Shown here piece after piece: positions 1 to 6,116 of a stretch of DNA of 24,871 nt. The notes under the pieces are model-generated. The model searched no databases and was not told the origin of the DNA. It worked only from the letters and a program-made list of their open reading frames with translations. A program made the position numbers and the translations under genes. This DNA comes from an uncultured bacterium (GTDB lineage: Bacteria > Cyanobacteriota > Vampirovibrionia > Gastranaerophilales > Gastranaerophilaceae): positions 1 to 24,871 of the forward strand of contig CAMHDG010000001.1 of NCBI GenBank assembly GCA_946183815.1, in the 5' to 3' direction. Each line of letters starts with the position of its first letter. Within the stretch, counting starts at the first letter, position 1.

Positions 1-7
1 ATTTTTC

Positions 8-41
8 TCTCTCCAAGGAGAGACAAATCGGCTTCGCCGAT
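8..41. repeat. Two adjacent short hairpins, possibly part of a REP-like element cut by the window edge
   Basis: TCTCTC-CAAG-GAGAGA (8-23) and ATCGGC-TTC-GCCGAT (27-41); the minus strand contains GCGAAGC. Confidence 0.35.
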
Positions 42-100
42 AAACAATAATTTATCCATGTTCATGATACAATATTTACAACGAATGGAGAAAAATAATT

Positions 101-1834
101 ATGAGAATGTCAAAACTTTTTGTTCAGACCCTGAGAGAGTTTCCGTCAGATGCGGAGGTTGTTTCACACAAATTTTTAGTAAAAGCAGGGTTTATACGTA
201 AACTCACAAGCGGGGTTTATAACTATTTACCGCTAATGTGGAGGGTATTAAAAAAAATAGAAAACATAACAAGAGAAGAAATGGATAAAGCAGGCGCACA
301 GGAACTTCTTATGCCGTTTGTTCAACCAAAAGAGTTATGGGAAGAATCAGGCAGATGGGAAGTCTATGGGAAAGAACTTATGAGATTAAAAGACAGGCAT
401 AACAGAGAAATGTGTCTTGGACCAACCCACGAAGAAATTATAACAGCAGTCGCTCGTGACGGACTGAAATCATATAAACAGTTACCTGTTAATTTATACC
501 AAATCCAGTCGAAATTCAGAGATGAAGTAAGACCACGTTTTGGGCTGTTAAGAGGTAGAGAATTTATTATGAAGGATGCGTACAGTTTTGCGACATCACA
601 GGAAGAACTTGATAAAGAATACGAAAATATGGCACAAGCATACAGAAACATATTTAACCGTTGCGGGTTGCCAACGAAGATGGTTCAGTCTGACAGTGGT
701 GCAATAGGCGGCAGTGTCAGCCATGAATTTATGGTTATCACTGATACTGATGCAGGCGAAAACGATGTATTCTATTGCGAATGTGATTATTCCGCAAACT
801 CTAATCACGCTGTTTCTAAATTGCCGAAGGCTGATACTGATGGAAACAAGTATGGTCTGACAGAAAAGCAAGTTGTTGATACACCAAATACATTCTCTAT
901 TGAAGATTTATGCGAATTTTTGAAAGTTCCTGCAAGCCTTATTTGCAAATGTTTAGTTTATATTGCAGACAGCAAACCGGTTTTGGCTCTAATCAGAGGG
1001 GATAAACAGGTCGAAGAAACAAAACTTATGAACGCAGTTGAGGCGATAGAGATAAGAATTGCTACTGCCGAAGAGATAGAAGAATTGATGCAAAAACAAG
1101 GGTTTAATGCAGCAAAAGGCTTTATTAGCCCTATCGGAATGAAAGATATAACAGTTGTTGCAGACGAAACTATAAAAGATTTGAAAAACTTTGTAGTTGG
1201 TGTAAATGAACAGGATAAACACATGGTTGGTGCTAATCTTGATGATATTAAGATTGATAAATATGTTGATATAAGATTAGCAGAGGCAGGAGAACTTTGT
1301 CCGCAGTGTGGGAAGCCGTTAAAGGTAACAAGAGGTATTGAGGTTGGGAATATCTTCCAGTTAGGAACAAAATATTCAAAACCGATGAACGCAGTATATC
1401 TTGACCAAAACGGGAAAGCACAACCATATATAATGGGTTGTTACGGCATTGGTATATCAAGAACTGCAGCGGCAGCGGTAGAGGCACATTATGACGACTG
1501 GGGAATAAAATGGCCTGTGGCTATTGCACCTTATCACGTTATTGTTGTTCCTGTTGCTGTTAATGACGAAACTCAAATGAATGTGGCAGAAAAGATTTAC
1601 AAAGAGTTGCTGGATGCCGGTATAGAGGCTGTTATAGATGACAGAAACGAAAGACCTGGGGTTAAATTTAAGGATGCCGACCTTATTGGATTCCCTTATC
1701 GTATAACAGTTGGTAAGACTATTGCTGACGGTAAAGTGGAATTAGTCACAAGGGAAACAGGTGAAAAGATAGAAATGAGTCCTGAAGAAGCAACATCAAA
1801 AGTTATTGAGTTTATAAAATCTGCTTTAAAGTAG
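101..1834 (+). CDS. proS: Proline--tRNA ligase (bacterial type with INS editing domain)
   Basis: MSKLFVQTLRE start, motif 2 FRDEVRPRFGLLRGREFIMKDAYSF, GIEVGNIFQLGTKYS, MGCYGIGISR, anticodon domain DDRNERPGVKFKDADLIGFP; GGAG at 87-90; TG-A-TACAAT at 65-73. Confidence 0.98.
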   Translation: MRMSKLFVQTLREFPSDAEVVSHKFLVKAGFIRKLTSGVYNYLPLMWRVLKKIENITREEMDKAGAQELLMPFVQPKELWEESGRWEVYGKELMRLKDRHNREMCLGPTHEEIITAVARDGLKSYKQLPVNLYQIQSKFRDEVRPRFGLLRGREFIMKDAYSFATSQEELDKEYENMAQAYRNIFNRCGLPTKMVQSDSGAIGGSVSHEFMVITDTDAGENDVFYCECDYSANSNHAVSKLPKADTDGNKYGLTEKQVVDTPNTFSIEDLCEFLKVPASLICKCLVYIADSKPVLALIRGDKQVEETKLMNAVEAIEIRIATAEEIEELMQKQGFNAAKGFISPIGMKDITVVADETIKDLKNFVVGVNEQDKHMVGANLDDIKIDKYVDIRLAEAGELCPQCGKPLKVTRGIEVGNIFQLGTKYSKPMNAVYLDQNGKAQPYIMGCYGIGISRTAAAAVEAHYDDWGIKWPVAIAPYHVIVVPVAVNDETQMNVAEKIYKELLDAGIEAVIDDRNERPGVKFKDADLIGFPYRITVGKTIADGKVELVTRETGEKIEMSPEEATSKVIEFIKSALK

Positions 1835-1856
1835 AAATAACTTAAAATTTTATATT

Positions 1857-1892
1857 AAAACCGCTTATATTAATAGATATAAGCGGTTTTTT
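1857..1892 (+). terminator. Intrinsic terminator after proS
   Basis: AAAACCGCTTATAT-TAATAG-ATATAAGCGGTTTT followed by further T. Confidence 0.85.
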
Positions 1893-2049
1893 GATGTATC
1901 CATGCTCTACCATGCCTATAAATCAAGGTTTTTAGGCATGGTAATATCCTACAAATAAACGATTTTTGACAGAATATAAACTTATGTAAAGTTGAGAAAA
2001 TATTGATATTATTGAGTTTTAGCCTTTTTTTTAATAAAAAAAATAAATA

Positions 2050-2077
2050 TTGCAAATATATTTGTATCCCCTATAAT
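2050..2077 (+). promoter_or_regulatory. Sigma70-type promoter of HU gene
   Basis: TTGCAA (2050-55), 16 nt, TATAAT (2072-77); AAGGAG RBS downstream. Confidence 0.6.
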
Positions 2078-2110
2078 AAAGGTGTAATAGATAAGAAAGG
2101 AGTTTTTACA

Positions 2111-2389
2111 ATGAACAAAGAAGAATTAGTACAAGAAATTGCTAAAAAAGCAAAAGTTACTCAAAAAGATGCTGGCGAAGTTTTAAACGCATTAGTAGAT
2201 ACAATTCAAAAAACCGTTTCTAAAGGTAAAAAAGTTACTTTAGTAGGTTTCGGTACATTTGAATCAAGAAAAAGAGCAGCAAGAACTGGTAGAAACCCAC
2301 AAACCGGTAAGGAAATCAAAATCCCTGCTAAGACAGTTCCTGTATTCTCTGCTGGTAAAAAATTCAAAACAACTGTTAACGGTAAGTAA
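2111..2389 (+). CDS. hup: HU family DNA-binding protein (92 aa; start moved to MNKEEL)
   Basis: MNKEELV...VTLVGFGTF...RTGRNPQTG...IPAKTVPVFSAGK signature; AAAGGAG RBS before ATG 2111. Confidence 0.97.
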   Translation: MNKEELVQEIAKKAKVTQKDAGEVLNALVDTIQKTVSKGKKVTLVGFGTFESRKRAARTGRNPQTGKEIKIPAKTVPVFSAGKKFKTTVNGK

Positions 2390-2415
2390 TTAATCGTTTA
2401 ATAAAAACAGGTTAA

Positions 2416-2448
2416 AAAAGAGTCAATGTGTAATACATTGGCTCTTTT
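2416..2448. terminator. Bidirectional terminator between HU and the convergent small gene
   Basis: AAAAGAGTCAATGT-GTAAT-ACATTGGCTCTTTT hairpin with A/T tracts on both sides. Confidence 0.8.
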
Positions 2449-2478
2449 ATATTATTCTTGTTTTTTAAGTTTTACCCA

Positions 2479-2715
2479 TTAGAAATCGCATGAATTTTGT
2501 GAGTTACGAGAGCGTTTTCTTGTATAATTTGGGGTATTTTGTTTAGAATAAATTGTTTTATAGACTTTAGATCTTGTAGAATATGGGGATGTTTTGCATC
2601 TGTAATGCGGAGCAACGTAAGTACCATCTTTTCTGAAATAACCTCTGACCATGCCGGCAAAGGCGAGAGGTGAGATAAAAGAAAAGATTAAGAATAGTGC
2701 GATAAATTTTTTCAT
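2479..2715 (-). CDS. Small basic secreted hypothetical protein (78 aa) with RGYFRKDGTYVAPHYR motif
   Basis: Signal peptide MKKFIALFLIFSFISPLAFA; AAGGAG RBS; TATAAT upstream (2738-43); motif recognisable from small bacterial hypothetical proteins. Confidence 0.8.
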   Translation of the reverse strand: MKKFIALFLIFSFISPLAFAGMVRGYFRKDGTYVAPHYRCKTSPYSTRSKVYKTIYSKQNTPNYTRKRSRNSQNSCDF

Positions 2716-2760
2716 GATAAGAACTCCTTATTGAGAAATTATAACAAATAAAAATAATAC

Positions 2761-2788
2761 TTGCAAAAAAAAAATGTCCATGTATAAT
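2761..2788 (+). promoter_or_regulatory. Promoter of tRNA-Gly
   Basis: TTGCAA (2761-66), 16 nt, TATAAT (2783-88); 10 nt before the tRNA. Confidence 0.65.
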
Positions 2789-2798
2789 AAAGTTATAA

Positions 2799-2873
2799 GC
2801 GGGGGTAATTCAGTGGTAGAATGCCTCCTTGCCAAGGAGGATGTCGCGAGTTCGAGCCTCGTCTCCCGCTCCA
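2799..2873 (+). tRNA. tRNA-Gly (anticodon GCC)
   Basis: Cloverleaf: acceptor GCGGGGG/CTCCCGC, D arm ATTC-AGTGGTA-GAAT, anticodon arm CCTCC-TTGCCAA-GGAGG, T arm GCGAG-TTCGAGC-CTCGT, discriminator U, encoded CCA. Confidence 0.98.
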
Positions 2874-2874
2874 T

Positions 2875-2904
2875 AAAAAAAAGACCTAAAAAGGTCTTTT
2901 TTTT
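2875..2904. terminator. Bidirectional terminator between tRNA-Gly and gdx/sugE
   Basis: A8-GACCT-AAAA-AGGTC-T8. Confidence 0.8.
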
Positions 2905-2930
2905 ATGTCTGAATTATTTAACCTGTGTAA

Positions 2931-3248
2931 TTATACTGATAAGAATTTCAGTCCGATTATTCCTGATACAATCATTGTTATGCACAGTAATCTCATAGCA
3001 GTCAGTGGTTCTTTAAACAAGATTATTCCAAAGACCACTGCCCCAACTGCACCTATGCCTGTCCAGACAGTGTAGGCAGTGCCCAGCGGGATATTTTTCA
3101 TCGCAAGTGCTAAAAAATAGTAACTCGCAACCATACCAATAACAGTGAAAACACTTATCCAAAAATGGCTAAAGCCATCTGATGCTTTTAAACCCACAGC
3201 CCAACTTATTTCAAAAAAGCCAGCAATGAACAAATATAACCATTCCAT
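2931..3248 (-). CDS. sugE: SMR-family guanidinium exporter (Gdx/SugE type)
   Basis: 105 aa, four hydrophobic helices, membrane Glu in AGFFEISWAVGLK, IPLGTAYTVWTGIGAVG; preceded by a guanidine-I riboswitch. Confidence 0.93.
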   Translation of the reverse strand: MEWLYLFIAGFFEISWAVGLKASDGFSHFWISVFTVIGMVASYYFLALAMKNIPLGTAYTVWTGIGAVGAVVFGIILFKEPLTAMRLLCITMIVSGIIGLKFLSV

Positions 3249-3263
3249 AATTTTATCCTTTCT

Positions 3264-3298
3264 AACAAAATAGCCCGAGAGATGTTATCTCCCTGGCT
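3264..3298 (-). terminator. Riboswitch expression-platform terminator
   Basis: Minus strand AGCCAGGGAGAT-AAC-ATCTCTCGGGCT then ATTTTGTT; the 5' arm is the aptamer's conserved 3' end. Confidence 0.8.
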
Positions 3299-3380
3299 TT
3301 TATCCTTCCGTGTGCGTATTATCTTACGTGTTTTCTCTCGGACCAGCCCATTTTTTTATGCGGAACCCTAGAAAACTGTT
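3289..3380 (-). promoter_or_regulatory. Guanidine-I (ykkC-yxkD subtype 1) riboswitch aptamer
   Basis: Minus strand reads TTTTCTAGGGTTCCGC...GCTGGTCCGAGAGAAAA...ACACGGAAGGATAAAAGCCAGGGAG, matching the ykkC consensus blocks; the downstream gene is an SMR exporter. Confidence 0.93.
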
Positions 3381-3398
3381 TTTTATTCAATTTTCTTT

Positions 3399-3427
3399 AT
3401 AATAACACAAATACCATTACATGTAAA
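3399..3427 (-). promoter_or_regulatory. Promoter of the riboswitch-sugE transcript
   Basis: Minus strand TTTACA (3427-22), 17 nt, TATTAT (3404-3399) with an extended TG. Confidence 0.6.
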
Positions 3428-3449
3428 AACCTGTTCCCAAGCGGGTTTT
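3426..3449 (+). terminator. Terminator-like hairpin of unclear parent transcript
   Basis: AAAACCTGTT-CCCA-AGCGGGTTTT; relies on two G-U pairs, so it is stable only as plus-strand RNA. Confidence 0.3.
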
Positions 3450-3651
3450 AAGTTATATTTATGAACTTTTGTAACAAATATATATTTTATATATGTAAAT
3501 TAATCAATTTTTCAGAAAAGAAACACTTTACATGGGTACAGAGTATAAAGAGAAGAAACTACACACGAGGAAAGCCCAAAACATTGGGACGAGGACTAGA
3601 GAAAAAGACGAACAAGTTTCTTTCTACACACACTACACTTCACAAATTTTC

Positions 3652-3678
3652 AAGAGTCAGAAATGGCTCTTTTTTTTT
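3652..3678 (+). terminator. Intrinsic terminator with no convincing upstream CDS
   Basis: AAGAGTCA-GAAA-TGGCTCTT (GNRA loop) followed by a long T run to 3678. Confidence 0.7.
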
Positions 3679-3920
3679 AGCACGTGCAGAGGCACGAACG
3701 TAGTGAGAGGCGAACAATAATAATCGAAAACCACGCTTTTCGATTTTATTGTGAGCGTTGCCGTTTAACGCACGTGCGATAAGCACGTGCAGAGGCACGA
3801 ACGTAGTGAGAGGCGAACAATAATAATCGAAAACCACGCTTTTCGATTTTATTGTGAGCGTTGCCGTTTAATGCACGTGCGACAAGCACGTGCAGAGGCA
3901 CGAACGCAGTGAGAAGCGAA
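3679..3920. repeat. 103-bp tandem repeat (about 2.35 copies) of an imperfect-hairpin, REP/BIME-like unit
   Basis: Copies start at 3679, 3782, 3885. Copies 1 and 2 differ at 2 positions; the partial third differs at 2 of 36. GCACGTGC occurs 5 times; internal hairpin AATCGAAAA-CCACGC-TTTTCGATT. Confidence 0.92.
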
Positions 3921-4090
3921 AAAAACATAAAATGTAAATTTTTGTGAATGATAAAATCGCTAAAACACAATAAAATCACTGATTAGAACCATATTTTACA
4001 AAATTAACCGTCTGAAATTGAAGATAAGAAAAAGACTTTATTTATATGAGAGAAAGAGCGCTTATGTATAGAAGTGTATAAGGACAACAA

Positions 4091-6028
4091 ATGCCAACAC
4101 CTGACAAATACAAACTTAAGAAAAAGTATATAATGAAAGATGGGGACATAACCGAACAACCAACAGCAGAGGTTACGGAAGCATCGGCGGAGACTCCTGC
4201 AACAGAAGTTCCTTTACCCCAAACACCTAAAACACCGTTACCACAAGACGACATTAGGTCAAGATTAAGAAATAAATACGGGGTTTTACAACAAACAAAG
4301 AAGCCGCAAAAAACTGCCGATGCTAACACAGGCAAGGCAGAAATTGACGTAGAGGCATCCTATACAACGGAAAGACCGATAGAAACAGGTTCATTTACGG
4401 AACTCCCTGATATTGAAAATATTGAATATAACGGATTGACAATATCAGATTTTCGACAAATGTATTCAGATAACGGAGGCAACACTGCTGCGGTTGACAG
4501 TTATATTACAAATCATCTGTCAAGTATAAAAGATGACCCTAATGAAGTACGCAATTTCATGAGCACTTTCTTAACAGGATTAAAATCTGATTTATTTGAT
4601 TCCGGTAAAAATACTTGTTCATTTGGAGAAGATACAGAAGAAATATTATCACATGTGCTTTCGCAACCTGAAGGGGAAAGGCTGACAGGTTGGGTATGCA
4701 GTAACATTCATGATCTTGGTATGAGATACTTGCATAAAAGCGGGATAGAGGCAGCCGTAGTATCCTGCAAACAGAATATGGGTGCAGGTCATGCAATACT
4801 TATATATAAAAGCGGTGATGGGAAATATACTTTTCTGAATTACGGTCACGCAAGCGAAGTTGAAGCAAAGAATATGGTAGATGCTGTATGTAAACTTCAA
4901 AGTTCCGATTCATCGCTAATGTCTAACGGTACAATCTATTTTGTTGATGAAAATGGTTCATATTGCAAATATGCACTAAAAGACGATGCTCTTTGGGGCG
5001 ATAGAATTGATAAAACAGGTTATAACAAAGATATCCCAACCGCAGGTATTTTGCCAAAAAAATCAGGGGTATCAGTTGAACTTAACACAACGAATGTTGG
5101 TGACCAACGGGCAACAATAGAAGGAAACATTTTATTAGGCAAACACAAACGGACAGCAATAACAGGCGGAATTGGTTACCAAACCAACAGTAATTCACAA
5201 ATCTTTGACCATTCGCAAGGGTTTGGTGCAAATTTAGGTATAAAAACAGTAAGCGGAGGAGATAAGACAAAAACCTATTTTGGTGCTGATGCGATAGTGG
5301 ATTACACACTTGCAAATTATACTCCTATCCCGACAGATGACGGTCAATACAGAGATCAGCATGCAGAATACCTGACGACCTTCGCAAGAGGGGTAGCAGG
5401 GATAGAAAACAAATTCAACTTATCCGAGAATACGACACTAACAAATACTACCCAATTATCTGCTAACGGATACCTTGCAGCAGGTATAACACTGGGGACA
5501 TCATTTAACGGAGATGGCAGAGCGGCAGTAGAAAATGCACTCACACTCACGCATAAAACAGCAGGTGCAACTATTGAAAACACTCTCAACGGGGGGTTAT
5601 TGGTTGATATGAAAAAGACATCAGGTGATCAGCAAATGTGTTTTCAACTCGGTTCAAAATTCAATGCAGGCAGTTCGATAATGATAAGCCCTGACAAAAA
5701 CTTATCATTCGGGGCAGGAGTTGACGGGTATTCTGTATTTACCCCAACCTCAACAGATTACGGTGTAGGGGCAAGAACTTTTGTGACATACAAACCTGAC
5801 GGGTCTGATATAACATTTACGGGGAATGTTGGCGGAAACTATTCCCACCAAAACATACGAATTGGCGGTATGCACGAAACAACAGAAGATAACACTTCTT
5901 TTTATGCATCTGTTTCTGCAAAACATAAGAAAAACACTTTTTCAGTAGGCTATAACGGCAAATTTGACGGAATAAATACAACAAGAAACAACTCAACATT
6001 TATGGTAAAATACACCCGAACATTCTAA
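4091..6028 (+). CDS. Hypothetical protein, 645 aa: disordered N-terminus, transglutaminase/papain-like Cys-His-Asn core, beta-strand-rich barrel-like C-terminus
   Basis: Long ORF with AAGGA RBS; GWVCSNIHDLGMRYLHKSGIEAAVVS...GHAILIYK...YTFLNYG; alternating Gly/aromatic strands from about aa 325; ends ...FMVKYTRTF. The CDS is solid; the domain call is inferred. Confidence 0.85.
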   Translation: MPTPDKYKLKKKYIMKDGDITEQPTAEVTEASAETPATEVPLPQTPKTPLPQDDIRSRLRNKYGVLQQTKKPQKTADANTGKAEIDVEASYTTERPIETGSFTELPDIENIEYNGLTISDFRQMYSDNGGNTAAVDSYITNHLSSIKDDPNEVRNFMSTFLTGLKSDLFDSGKNTCSFGEDTEEILSHVLSQPEGERLTGWVCSNIHDLGMRYLHKSGIEAAVVSCKQNMGAGHAILIYKSGDGKYTFLNYGHASEVEAKNMVDAVCKLQSSDSSLMSNGTIYFVDENGSYCKYALKDDALWGDRIDKTGYNKDIPTAGILPKKSGVSVELNTTNVGDQRATIEGNILLGKHKRTAITGGIGYQTNSNSQIFDHSQGFGANLGIKTVSGGDKTKTYFGADAIVDYTLANYTPIPTDDGQYRDQHAEYLTTFARGVAGIENKFNLSENTTLTNTTQLSANGYLAAGITLGTSFNGDGRAAVENALTLTHKTAGATIENTLNGGLLVDMKKTSGDQQMCFQLGSKFNAGSSIMISPDKNLSFGAGVDGYSVFTPTSTDYGVGARTFVTYKPDGSDITFTGNVGGNYSHQNIRIGGMHETTEDNTSFYASVSAKHKKNTFSVGYNGKFDGINTTRNNSTFMVKYTRTF

Positions 6029-6116
6029 TTAAAAATTTGAAGTAACCTCTATACTTAAATATTATTGAATCGATAAAAAAAATTTGATAAAATTATTTAT
6101 ATTGAAAGAGGGTTTT

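Noticed and set aside
1964-1992. dif-like Xer site (TTTTGACAGAA-TATAAAC-TTATGTAAAGT)
   Set aside because: The right arm resembles a Firmicutes XerD arm, but the spacer is 7 rather than 6 bp and the left arm is poor; I could not establish a GC-skew switch by eye. A cumulative skew plot could reopen this.
2799-2873. tRNA-Gly as an island integration site
   Set aside because: No integrase, and I saw no duplicate of the tRNA 3' end in the window.
3565-3600. c-di-GMP-I riboswitch resemblance (GGAAAGCCC...GGGACG)
   Set aside because: Lacks GGCAAAC, the GAAA-capped P2 and the GCAAAGC/P3 elements.
3680-3893. GCACGTGC as a HIP1-like genome-wide octamer
   Set aside because: All five copies I found are inside the tandem repeat; none seen in the coding regions of this window.
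3679-3920. CRISPR array or type III toxin-antitoxin RNA interpretation of the 103-bp repeat
   Set aside because: No unique spacers and no cas genes; the unit is much longer than ToxI/CptI/TenpI repeats, no terminator separates it from the downstream gene, and that gene does not resemble ToxN.
3461-3979. Short ORFs at 3461-3703, 3532-3720, 3640-3837 and 3746-3979
   Set aside because: No RBS; they cross a terminator or simply translate the repeat in different frames.
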